Of a stretch of 64,000 bases of DNA, positions 47,885-57,108 are shown one piece after another. Source of the DNA: Eubacteriales bacterium (GTDB taxonomy: Bacteria > Bacillota > Clostridia > Oscillospirales > CAG-272). Every line of letters starts with the position of its first letter. The first letter of the stretch is position 1. A model generated the notes under the pieces. That model was not told where the DNA came from. It saw nothing but the letters and a program-made list of their open reading frames with translations, and did not search any database. Where the stretch lies: positions 272 to 64,271 of the forward strand of contig JBGVPV010000067.1 of NCBI GenBank assembly GCA_045127215.1. Reading direction: 5' to 3'. The position numbers and the translations under genes are program-made.

Positions 47885-48301
47885 ATGGCTTACGTTCCCG
47901 TTCCGAAAGACTTAACCAAAGTCAAAAGCAAATTCGCTTTTAATCTCACGAAGCGTCAAATATTCTGTTTCGGACTTGCGGCGGCTATCGGGCTACCGCT
48001 TTTCTTTTTACTCAAAGGGGCGACGGGTACAACCGTTGCGGCGTTTGCAATGATACTTGTAATGCTCCCTTGCTTCCTCTTTGCTATGTATGAGAAAAAC
48101 GGTATGCCGCTTGAAAAGGTACTACGAAACGTCATACAGACAAAATTCATTCGCCCGAAAGAGCGACCGTATAAAACACAGAACTTTTACGCCGTCGTAG
48201 AACGGCAGACGAAACTAACAAAGGAGGTATCAGCTATTGTCAAAGGTACAGACAGTAAAACCAAGAGCGCAGACGGCAAGCGCACCGAGCGTAAGCCGTA
48301 A
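47885..48301 (+). CDS. PrgI-family (VirB3-like) T4SS membrane protein
   Basis: MAYVPVPKDLTKVKSKFAFNLTKRQ plus a two-TM hairpin. It lies directly upstream of VirB4. Confidence 0.75.
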   Translation: MAYVPVPKDLTKVKSKFAFNLTKRQIFCFGLAAAIGLPLFFLLKGATGTTVAAFAMILVMLPCFLFAMYEKNGMPLEKVLRNVIQTKFIRPKERPYKTQNFYAVVERQTKLTKEVSAIVKGTDSKTKSADGKRTERKP

Positions 48302-50678
48302 GCTCTCCCGCGCCGAACAAAATCAAATTGCCGCCGCGATCAAACGCGCAAAGGGCGACGGCAAGGCGAAAACGGCACAGCAGACAATCCCGTATCAGCA
48401 GATGTACCGCGACGGCGTTTGTCATATCGGCGGGAAGAAATACAGTAAAAGCGTTCAGTTTGAGGATATAAACTATCAGCTTGCACAGCCCGACGAAAAG
48501 AGCGCGATTTTCGACCATTGGTGCGATTTTCTCAACTACTTTGACGCTTCCGTGTCGGTACAGTTATCTTTCATCAATCAAGGCACAAAAAGCGACGAAG
48601 CCGAAAAAGCGATTGAGATCACCCCGAAAGGCGACGACTTTGACAGCATACGCGCAGAGTACGCGGATATGCTGAAAGGTCAGCTTGCAAAAGGCAATAA
48701 CGGCATAGTCAAAGCAAAATATATTACCTTTTCCGTCGAAGCGGAAAACATCAAGGCGGCAAGGGCCCGACTTGCCCGCATTGAAACCGATATTTTAAGC
48801 AATTTCAAGGTGCTTGGTGTAGCGGCAAAGCCTATGACGGGCTATGACCGTTTGGAAACCCTACACGGCACGTTCCACCCCGACGGCGAGCCGTTCCGCT
48901 TCTCTTGGAATTGGCTTGCCCCGTCGGGACTATCCACAAAGGATTTTATCGCGCCGTCCTCGTTTGCGTTCGGTGATGGGCGCACGTTCAAAATGGGGCG
49001 TAAGCTCGGCGCGGTGTCATTCTTGCAAATCCTTGCCCCCGAACTGAACGACCGTATGCTTGCGGATATTCTCGATCTAGAATCGGGTATTATCGTCAAT
49101 CTGCATATTAAGAGTATCGACCAGGGCGAAGCAATCAAGACCATTAAGCGAAAGATCACAGACCTTGACAAGATGAAGATTGAGGAACAGAAAAAGGCGG
49201 TACGCAACGGTTACGATATGGATATTATTCCGTCCGACCTTGCCACATTCGGCAACGAAGCAAAAAATCTGTTGCAGGAGTTACAGAGCCGCAACGAGCG
49301 AATGTTTTTACTCACGTTCCTTGTCGTCAACCTTGCCGACACGAAACAAAAGCTCGACAATGAAATTTTCTCGGTATCGGGTATCGCGCAGAAATACAAC
49401 TGTGCCTTGACCCGCCTTGACTTTCAGCAAGAAGCGGGCTTTATGTCAAGTCTGCCCCTCGGAGATAATCAGATTGAAATACAGCGCGGGCTGACGACCT
49501 CAAGCACAGCAATTTTTATCCCCTTTATCACACAAGAGCTATTCCAAACGGGCGAAGCTCTTTACTACGGACTTAACGCACTATCAAATAATATGATTAT
49601 GTGCGACCGCAAGAAGCTCAAAAACCCGAACGGGCTAATCCTTGGCACCCCCGGAAGCGGTAAATCTTTCTCGGCAAAGCGCGAAATGACAAACGCCTTT
49701 CTGATTACCGATGACGATATTATCATTTGCGACCCCGAAGCCGAGTATTTCCCCCTTGTTGAGCGTTTACACGGTCAAGTTATCCGTCTGTCGCCGTCGG
49801 GTATTGGTAACGACGGAAAGCCGCAGTACATAAACCCTATGGATATAAACCTTGAATACGACGAAAACCCGCTTGCGCTGAAATCCGACTTTATCCTTTC
49901 TCTGTGTGAGCTGATCGTCGGCGGCAAGACGGGGCTTGAACCCGTGGAAAAGACGGTCATTGACCGCGCTGTGCGGAACGTGTACCGCCCTTTTATGGCA
50001 AACCCCGACCCCGCACAAATGCCTATCTTGGGCGATCTCTACAACGAGCTTTTGAAGCAACCCGAACCCGAAGCTATGCGTATCGCGTCGGCGTTGGAGC
50101 TTTACGTTTCGGGAAGTCTGAACGTCTTTAACCACCGTACCAACGTAGAGCTTACAAACCGCCTTGTCTGCTTTGACATCAAACAGCTTGGCAAGCAGTT
50201 AAAGAAGATCGGTATGCTCATTGTGCAAGATCAAGTGTGGAATCGCGTTACCGTCAACCGCGACGCAAAGAAGTCAACAAGATACTATATCGACGAAATG
50301 CACCTACTCTTAAAAGAAGAACAGACCGCCGCTTACACGGTGGAAATTTGGAAGCGTTTTAGAAAATGGGGTGGTATTCCGTCGGGGCTGACGCAGAACG
50401 TCAAGGACTTGCTTGCTTCAAAGGAAGTGGAAAACATCTTTGAAAACAGCGACTTTATCCTTATGCTCAATCAAGCGGCGGGAGATCGCGCTATCCTTGC
50501 AAAACAGCTTAATATCTCCCCGCGTCAGATGAAGTACGTTACGCAAGCCGACGCGGGCGAGGGACTAATCTTTTACGGAAATGTCATACTTCCGTTTGTT
50601 GACCGCTTCCCGAAGGACACCGAGCTTTACCGCGTTATGACGACCAAGCCCGAAGAAGTGGGAGAAAACACGGTATGA
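48237..50678 (+). CDS. VirB4-like conjugal transfer ATPase (CD1110/PrgJ-type); start uncertain (TTG 48237 overlaps prgI)
   Basis: IPYQQMYRDGVC...FEDINYQLA N-domain, Walker A GTPGSGKS, Walker B YYIDE. Confidence 0.9.
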   Translation: MSKVQTVKPRAQTASAPSVSRKLSRAEQNQIAAAIKRAKGDGKAKTAQQTIPYQQMYRDGVCHIGGKKYSKSVQFEDINYQLAQPDEKSAIFDHWCDFLNYFDASVSVQLSFINQGTKSDEAEKAIEITPKGDDFDSIRAEYADMLKGQLAKGNNGIVKAKYITFSVEAENIKAARARLARIETDILSNFKVLGVAAKPMTGYDRLETLHGTFHPDGEPFRFSWNWLAPSGLSTKDFIAPSSFAFGDGRTFKMGRKLGAVSFLQILAPELNDRMLADILDLESGIIVNLHIKSIDQGEAIKTIKRKITDLDKMKIEEQKKAVRNGYDMDIIPSDLATFGNEAKNLLQELQSRNERMFLLTFLVVNLADTKQKLDNEIFSVSGIAQKYNCALTRLDFQQEAGFMSSLPLGDNQIEIQRGLTTSSTAIFIPFITQELFQTGEALYYGLNALSNNMIMCDRKKLKNPNGLILGTPGSGKSFSAKREMTNAFLITDDDIIICDPEAEYFPLVERLHGQVIRLSPSGIGNDGKPQYINPMDINLEYDENPLALKSDFILSLCELIVGGKTGLEPVEKTVIDRAVRNVYRPFMANPDPAQMPILGDLYNELLKQPEPEAMRIASALELYVSGSLNVFNHRTNVELTNRLVCFDIKQLGKQLKKIGMLIVQDQVWNRVTVNRDAKKSTRYYIDEMHLLLKEEQTAAYTVEIWKRFRKWGGIPSGLTQNVKDLLASKEVENIFENSDFILMLNQAAGDRAILAKQLNISPRQMKYVTQADAGEGLIFYGNVILPFVDRFPKDTELYRVMTTKPEEVGENTV

Positions 50679-51625
50679 GCGAGAACATCATTATCAACCG
50701 CGATTGTCTTGCCGCTCTCCGCGACCTACCCGACGAAAGCGTGAATTGCTGTGTAACGTCGCCGCCGTATTACGCCTTGCGGGATTATGGTATGGACGCG
50801 CAGATCGGACGCGAGGACAACCCCGAAGAATATATACGGCGGCTTGTTCTTGTGTTCCGAGAGGTGCGCCGCGTGCTGACCGCCGACGGCACTTTATGGC
50901 TGAATATCGCAGATACCTATTGCGGAACGGGCAACAAGGGCGGCTATCTTGACCCGAAAAATCCCAAAGGCAGAAACGGGCAAAGCGTTTCACTTGCGCG
51001 TCGTGCGAGCGAGTGCAAGCAAAAGGATATGATCGGTATTCCGTGGCTGCTTGCATTCGCTCTCCGCGCCGACGGGTGGTATTTGCGAAGCGACATTATA
51101 TGGTGCAAGGCAAACCCTATGCCCGAAAGTTGCAAAGACCGTCCGAGCCGTTGCTATGAACACGTCTTTTTGCTCACCAAGTCAAAGAAGTATTACTATG
51201 ACGCGCTCGCCATAGCCGAGCCGATTGCCGAGGGTACGGCGGCAAGGTATAAAGGCGGGCGAAGTGCAAGCAGTAAATACGCCGAGGAAATCCCCGGACA
51301 AGGTAAGGTGCAAAAGCTCAACGCGGCGCGGGCGGCGGGTACGATCATCGACGCGGATATATCCCCCGTCAGAAACGCCCGCGACGTGTGGCATATCAAC
51401 ACCGTACCATACAAGGGCGGGCATTTTGCCGCCTACCCGCCGAAGCTCGCGGAAAGGTGTATTTTAGCGGGCTGTCCTCGCGGCGGTATCGTTCTTGACC
51501 CCTTTTTCGGAAGCGGCACAACGGGGCTTGCGGCAGTTAAGAATGACCGCCGCTATATCGGTATCGAGTTAAACAGCGAGTATTGCGAGCTTGCAAAAGA
51601 ACGTATTGGAGGTGTGAAGTTATGA
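50675..51625 (+). CDS. Orphan DNA methyltransferase (N6-adenine/N4-cytosine, beta class)
   Basis: Motif IV CVTSPPY is N-terminal and motif I DPFFGSGTT is C-terminal. It has 4-nt overlaps with both neighbours. No restriction gene is adjacent. Confidence 0.85.
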   Translation: MSENIIINRDCLAALRDLPDESVNCCVTSPPYYALRDYGMDAQIGREDNPEEYIRRLVLVFREVRRVLTADGTLWLNIADTYCGTGNKGGYLDPKNPKGRNGQSVSLARRASECKQKDMIGIPWLLAFALRADGWYLRSDIIWCKANPMPESCKDRPSRCYEHVFLLTKSKKYYYDALAIAEPIAEGTAARYKGGRSASSKYAEEIPGQGKVQKLNAARAAGTIIDADISPVRNARDVWHINTVPYKGGHFAAYPPKLAERCILAGCPRGGIVLDPFFGSGTTGLAAVKNDRRYIGIELNSEYCELAKERIGGVKL

Positions 51626-52950
51626 GCGAGCCGCAAAAGCCCAAAAGCTACCGCTTACAATTCACCGATGAAGAACGGGCAAGCCCCGAGCTTGACAAGT
51701 TCATCAAGAAATCGGAGAAAGCGGCTGACCGCTACGACAAGGCAAGTGCGGCTATCCCGAAGAAAAACAAAATAGTCAAGGAACGTACTTTTGACGAAGC
51801 AACGGGCAAGGCAAAAACGCGGCTTCACTTTGAAAAACAGGACAAGCCGCCGAGCGACGCGAGGGGCAAGCACAAAATCCCCTTGCGCCCCGTCGCCCAA
51901 GCCGAGTTATACGTTCACGGCAAAATACACGAAGTTGAGAAAGACAATTCGGGCGTGGAAGCGGCGCACAAGAGCGAGGAACTTGCCGAGGGCGCGGCGA
52001 AGTACGGGGCGCGGAAGCTCAAAGAGGGCTACCACAGCCGCAAGCTCAAACCCTATCGAGCCGCCGCCAAAGACGAAAAAGCGGCTATCAAGGCAAACGC
52101 AGAATTTAAGTATCAAAAAGCACTCCAAGATAACCCGCAGATCGCCGCATCAAATCCATTTTCCCGCTTTATGCAAAAACAGCGTATCAAGCGCGAGTAT
52201 GCAAAGGCGGCGAAAAAAGGCGGTATCAAATCGGCAAAGAAAACCGCCGAGAACGCGGGCAAAGCCGCAAAGAAAACGGCACAAACAACCAAAAACACCG
52301 TTTCATTTGTAGCGCGTCATTGGAAAGGCGTATTGATCGGTATTTGTGCGCTACTGCTTTTCGTGATAATCTCGGCGGGCGTTACCTCTTGCGTATCACT
52401 TTTAACGGGCGGTATGTCAACCGTCGTTGGAAGCTCCTACGTTGCCGAGGACGCGGATATGCTCGGTGCGGAAGCCGATTACAAGTCAAAGGAAGCGGCA
52501 TTACAAAGCCGTATTGACAATATCGAGCGCACATATAGCGGCTACAACGAGTACCGCTATTTCCTTGACAGTATCGGACACGACCCTTATGTGCTGACTT
52601 CCATTCTGACGACCTTGCACATTGACTATACCCGCGCGGGCGTACAAGACACCTTGCAGACGATTTTTGATATGCAATACAGCTTAACGCTCACGTCCGA
52701 AACCGAAGTACGCTACCGCACCGAAACCCGCATTGGAAGCTATCAAGTAACCGATGAGGAAACGGACGAGGTATCAACCGTTTACTACGAATACGAGGTA
52801 GAAGTGCCATACAACTATTACATTCTGAACGTCAGCTTAACAAGTGAGGATATGGCGGGGCTGACCGCTTACCTTATGACCGATGAACAGTTTGACGCCT
52901 ACCTTGTGTATATGCAGACAAAGGGCAACCGCCCCGACCTATTCCCATAA
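51622..52950 (+). CDS. T4SS-associated membrane protein resembling the N-terminal part of CD1108-type mobile-element proteins; no hydrolase domain seen
   Basis: Start set to ATG 51622 (MSEPQKPKSYRLQFTDEE), an ATGA overlap. It has a Lys/Ala-rich N-region, one TM (VLIGICALLLFVIISAGV), then about 190 aa. No NlpC/P60, CHAP, M23 or lysozyme motif was found. Confidence 0.5.
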   Translation: MSEPQKPKSYRLQFTDEERASPELDKFIKKSEKAADRYDKASAAIPKKNKIVKERTFDEATGKAKTRLHFEKQDKPPSDARGKHKIPLRPVAQAELYVHGKIHEVEKDNSGVEAAHKSEELAEGAAKYGARKLKEGYHSRKLKPYRAAAKDEKAAIKANAEFKYQKALQDNPQIAASNPFSRFMQKQRIKREYAKAAKKGGIKSAKKTAENAGKAAKKTAQTTKNTVSFVARHWKGVLIGICALLLFVIISAGVTSCVSLLTGGMSTVVGSSYVAEDADMLGAEADYKSKEAALQSRIDNIERTYSGYNEYRYFLDSIGHDPYVLTSILTTLHIDYTRAGVQDTLQTIFDMQYSLTLTSETEVRYRTETRIGSYQVTDEETDEVSTVYYEYEVEVPYNYYILNVSLTSEDMAGLTAYLMTDEQFDAYLVYMQTKGNRPDLFP

Positions 52951-52974
52951 TTTTTGAAAGGAGATTTACAGCCT

Positions 52975-53232
52975 ATGGCAAACAGCAAAATTAACCGTAT
53001 CGACAAAGAGATTTTGAAAACCCGTGAGAAGATCAGCGAGTACCAAAACAAATTGCGCTCCCTTGAAGCGCAAAAGGCAGAAGCCGAAAACTTGCAGATC
53101 GTACAGCTTGTACGCGCTATGCACCTAACCCCCGCCGAGCTTTCCGCTTTGCTTGCGGGCGGTGGAATCCCCGGCATTGCAACAGTACCCGCAGAAGATG
53201 AAAACGAGGAGGACAGCGACAATGAAGAATAA
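52975..53232 (+). CDS. DUF4315-family coiled-coil protein
   Basis: Start set to ATG 52975 (MANSKINRIDKEILKTREKISEYQNKLRSLE), which follows AAAGGAG. Confidence 0.7.
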   Translation: MANSKINRIDKEILKTREKISEYQNKLRSLEAQKAEAENLQIVQLVRAMHLTPAELSALLAGGGIPGIATVPAEDENEEDSDNEE

Positions 53233-54049
53233 AAACATATTCCGTATGACGAGTGTATTGCTCATTTCAATACTTTGCGTATGCGGGCTTTCCCTTAACG
53301 CTTACGCAAGCGACGGCGGCGATTATTACAGCACCGAGCCGACCGAAGAAACAACCAACCCGCCCGTTATCGTTATTCCCGCAGAGAGCGAGGACGACGA
53401 GCAGACAGACGAGCCTATCATCATCAAGCCCGAAAACGCCTTTACCCCTGACGGCAATATGACGCTGATTGATAACGTCGAGGGCGAGGACGAAGGACAG
53501 AAGCAGTTTATCATTGTTCAGAGTAAAAACGGACACTATTTTTATATCGTGATCGACTACTCTGCCGAGGGCGAAAACACGGTACATTTTCTTAACCAAG
53601 TGGACGAAGCCGACCTTATGGCAATTTTAGCCGAGAAAGAAATCACCCTTTCCCCCGCCGAGTGTACTTGTACCGATAAATGCGCCGTGGGCGACATTGA
53701 CACCACTTGCTCCGTATGTATTGCGGCTATGAATGATTGCGCGGGCGCGGAAGCAACGACGCCCGATGAAACAAACCCGCCTGCAGACGATGAACAGCCC
53801 GCCCCAAGCGGACTAAACACGGGCGCGATTATCGGCATTGTTGCTATTCTTGCACTTGCGGGCGGCGGTATCTTCTACTATTTCAAGGTGTTAAAGCCCA
53901 AACAGCAGAAGAACAAACAGCCGCAGGACGCGGAGCTTTCCGAGCTTGAATATGACGAGTACGACGAGGACGAGGAATATACCGAAGCACTTGAAGAAAT
54001 TGCCGACGAAATGAGCTACGATACCGACGACACGGACGATAAAGAATAA
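53222..54049 (+). CDS. DUF4366-family (CD1107-type) surface protein with signal peptide and C-terminal TM anchor
   Basis: Start set to ATG 53222 (MKNKNIFRMTSVLLISILCV). FTPDGNMTLIDN...KQFIIVQSKNGHYFYIVIDY is the DUF4366 core. The TM is IIGIVAILALAGGGIFYYF and the tail is acidic. Confidence 0.75.
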   Translation: MKNKNIFRMTSVLLISILCVCGLSLNAYASDGGDYYSTEPTEETTNPPVIVIPAESEDDEQTDEPIIIKPENAFTPDGNMTLIDNVEGEDEGQKQFIIVQSKNGHYFYIVIDYSAEGENTVHFLNQVDEADLMAILAEKEITLSPAECTCTDKCAVGDIDTTCSVCIAAMNDCAGAEATTPDETNPPADDEQPAPSGLNTGAIIGIVAILALAGGGIFYYFKVLKPKQQKNKQPQDAELSELEYDEYDEDEEYTEALEEIADEMSYDTDDTDDKE

Positions 54050-54055
54050 AAAATT

Positions 54056-54077
54056 CCCTCTGCGATTTAGCAGAGGG
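54056..54077. terminator. Hairpin between DUF4366 and the AT-rich cargo gene
   Basis: ccctctgc, loop gattta, gcagaggg. Confidence 0.5.
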
Positions 54078-54083
54078 AAAACA

Positions 54084-54818
54084 TCATTTATTATCTTTTT
54101 TATTTTCTGTTTTATCGTCATTGTGGGATTTTTTTGCTCGTTCCAATAGTCTTTGGAATGTAACAACAAAAAGGCACATAACAATCATTGCCATAGTAAT
54201 GACAGTTATTATTATGACAGTTTCCATTCCATGAAGAGACCCTGACATAATAGGAAATACATCCAACATCACAAAAGAGAATAAAGTCAAGAAAGCTGAA
54301 AGCATTGCTACCATTATGCTGAAAGTAGATGAAAGTTTTTTTGAATATTCCATTTTATTTATTTTAGTGGAAACAATCAATTCCTTTTCTATTTCAGTAA
54401 CTAATAGTGATTTATCGCGCTCTTTGTTCAAGTTGTGAAGATATTCTCTTAAGTGAGCGGTATATTCTTGCTTTTTATCTGCAGAAACATATACATTTTC
54501 CACGATTTCTCGTATTAACTCCTCGCAGACAATACGAATTGAATATAATTCTTCGCTTTTAACCTTATATTTTCTTGCTGTCGAAAGAATAATTGCATCT
54601 ATAATTTCTTTTTCAGGCAATCCCTTTTCAGCAATATATGGTTTTAGAGAACGGATTATATCCAAGTTGGCGTTATTTATCTGTTCAAGATACTTTGTGT
54701 TTTCTTTTCGATGCAAAATACCTGCGGTTATAAAATAGACGATTATACCGCTGATAATTCCGCCACCAATGCCTACTACCCAAGCATTAGAAAATAACTT
54801 TACAAGGAAATCCCACAT
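54084..54818 (-). CDS. Hypothetical 3-TM membrane protein, AT-rich cargo gene on the opposite strand
   Basis: Start set to ATG 54818 (MWDFLVKLF), which follows GAGAGG. It has one N-terminal TM, a ~150-aa helical soluble region, and a C-terminal TM hairpin. A spot count on one 60-nt line gives ~30% G+C. Confidence 0.6.
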   Translation of the reverse strand: MWDFLVKLFSNAWVVGIGGGIISGIIVYFITAGILHRKENTKYLEQINNANLDIIRSLKPYIAEKGLPEKEIIDAIILSTARKYKVKSEELYSIRIVCEELIREIVENVYVSADKKQEYTAHLREYLHNLNKERDKSLLVTEIEKELIVSTKINKMEYSKKLSSTFSIMVAMLSAFLTLFSFVMLDVFPIMSGSLHGMETVIIITVITMAMIVMCLFVVTFQRLLERAKKSHNDDKTENKKDNK

Positions 54819-54898
54819 ATCATACCTCTCAATCAAGTGTCGTTTATTGTCTAAATTATATCATAAAAACTCGAAAAAATCAATAGAAAGGAAATAAT

Positions 54899-56971
54899 AT
54901 GAAACTTATTATCGCAGAAAAGCCGAGCGTCGCGCAGAATATCGCCGCCGCGCTGAACGTGGGCGGCAGAAAGGACGGATATATTGAGGGCGGCGGTTAT
55001 CTGATCTCTTGGTGTGTGGGGCATTTGGTAGGACTTGCGGCGGCTGACGCTTACGGCGAGCAGTACGCAAAATGGAACTATGATACGCTTCCCATTCTCC
55101 CGAAAGAATGGCAGTACACCGTCGCCACCGACAAAGGCAAGCAATTCAAAATCCTAAAAGAGCTTATGCACCGCGCCGACGTTTCCGAAGTCGTCAATGC
55201 TTGCGACGCGGGGCGCGAGGGTGAATTGATCTTCCGTTTTGTGTATAACGTAGCGAACTGTAAAAAGCCTATGCGCCGTCTTTGGATTTCCTCTATGGAA
55301 GCCGAAGCTATCCGCGCGGGCTTTGCTGATCTGAAGGACGGCGCAGACTATGACGCGCTCTATTCTTCCGCGCTGTGTCGTGCAAAGGCAGATTGGATTA
55401 TCGGTATCAATGCGACCCGCCTTTTCTCTTGTCTGTATCATAAGACCTTGAACGTAGGACGAGTGCAGACCCCGACCCTCAAAATGCTCGTTGACCGCGA
55501 AGCACAGATTATGAGCTTCAAGAAAGAAAAGTACCACATTGTACGCCTTGATCTTGACGGCACCGAAGCGACAAGCGCGAGGATCTCCGACAAGTCAGAA
55601 GCAGACAAGCTGACCGCCGCTTGCAAAACCTCAAGCGCGGTTTGCGTATCGGTCAGCCGCGAGAAAAAGAGCGTCGCACCGCCCAAGCTCTTTGACCTTA
55701 CCACCTTACAGCGAGAAGCAAACAAACTCTACGGCTACACAGCAAAGCAGACCCTTGATCTCGCGCAAGCTCTCTATGAAAAGCGTCTGCTTACATATCC
55801 GAGAACGGACAGCACCTATCTCACCGAGGATATGAGCAAAACGGCGGCAAGCGTCGCCGCTTTGCTCACGGCAAAACTACCCTTTATGAGAGGCGCGGAT
55901 TTTACCGCCGATCTTTCCCGTATGCTTGACAGTAAAAAGGTGTCAGACCACCACGCGATCATTCCCACAATGGAGCTTGAAAAGACCGAGCTTTCGGCAC
56001 TTCCCGAAACCGAGCGTAACATCTTATCTCTTGTCGGTGCGCGTCTGCTTTTTGCGGCCGCCGCACCGCACGTTTACGAAACGGTAAAAGCTATCTTCTG
56101 TTGTGCCGATACAGAGTTTACAGCAACGGGAAAGACGGTACTTTGCGGCGGGTGGAAAGAGCTTGAACGACGCTACCGCGCAACGCTCAAACAAAATCCC
56201 GACGACGAGGACGGCGACGTTCCCACACTCACCGTTTCCGAGGGACAGAGCTACGATAACCCCGCCGCGAGTGTTACCGAGCATTACACCACACCCCCGA
56301 AATCCCACACCGAAGATACCTTACTTTCGGCTATGGAACGGGCGGGCAACGAGGACACCGACGAGGACGCAGAACGTCGCGGGCTTGGTACTCCCGCCAC
56401 CCGCGCCGCCGTCATTGAAAAGCTCGTCAGCGCGGGATTTGCAGAGCGAAAAGGAAAACAGCTTATCCCCACCAAAGACGGCAACAACCTTGTGTGTGTT
56501 CTCCCCGACGTGCTGACAAGCCCGAAGCTGACGGCAGAATGGGAAAACACCTTGACGCAGATTGCAAAAGGAAACGCTGACGCAGACGTTTTTATTTGCG
56601 GTATCGAAGATATGACACGGGAGCTTGTAAAGATATATCCTTTCCTCTCCGACAGGGACAAAGCCCTTTTCAAAGAGGAAAAGCCCATTGTCGGTAAGTG
56701 TCCCCGTTGCGGTGAAAACGTCTTTGAGAGCAAGAAAAACTATTACTGCTCAAACAGAGATTGCGCCTTTGTGATGTGGAAAAATGACCGCTTCTTTGAG
56801 GAACGCAAGGTGAAGTTTACCCCCAAAATTGCCGCCGAGCTTTTGGAGGACGGCAAGGCGAAAGTCAAAAAGCTGTATTCTCACAAAACGGGCAAAACCT
56901 ACGACGGAACGGTACTACTCTCCGACACGGGCGGTAAATACGTCAATTATCGTATAGAGAAAACGAGGTAA
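54899..56971 (+). CDS. topB: DNA topoisomerase III
   Basis: Toprim start MKLIIAEKPS, GHL, catalytic region LLTYPRTDS, and a C-terminal C4 zinc ribbon (CPRCGENV...YYCSNRDC). Confidence 0.9.
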   Translation: MKLIIAEKPSVAQNIAAALNVGGRKDGYIEGGGYLISWCVGHLVGLAAADAYGEQYAKWNYDTLPILPKEWQYTVATDKGKQFKILKELMHRADVSEVVNACDAGREGELIFRFVYNVANCKKPMRRLWISSMEAEAIRAGFADLKDGADYDALYSSALCRAKADWIIGINATRLFSCLYHKTLNVGRVQTPTLKMLVDREAQIMSFKKEKYHIVRLDLDGTEATSARISDKSEADKLTAACKTSSAVCVSVSREKKSVAPPKLFDLTTLQREANKLYGYTAKQTLDLAQALYEKRLLTYPRTDSTYLTEDMSKTAASVAALLTAKLPFMRGADFTADLSRMLDSKKVSDHHAIIPTMELEKTELSALPETERNILSLVGARLLFAAAAPHVYETVKAIFCCADTEFTATGKTVLCGGWKELERRYRATLKQNPDDEDGDVPTLTVSEGQSYDNPAASVTEHYTTPPKSHTEDTLLSAMERAGNEDTDEDAERRGLGTPATRAAVIEKLVSAGFAERKGKQLIPTKDGNNLVCVLPDVLTSPKLTAEWENTLTQIAKGNADADVFICGIEDMTRELVKIYPFLSDRDKALFKEEKPIVGKCPRCGENVFESKKNYYCSNRDCAFVMWKNDRFFEERKVKFTPKIAAELLEDGKAKVKKLYSHKTGKTYDGTVLLSDTGGKYVNYRIEKTR

Positions 56972-57108
56972 GAAAAGAAACGTAGCAAGCATAGGAAAGG
57001 GGTACCCCTTCCGTAAATATCCCCGCTTTCGCTCTTAACGATTGCGGGGATATTCGTTTGCTGGGATATTCCCAAACCCTTATATAAAAATAGCGAAAGG
57101 AGCTTTAT

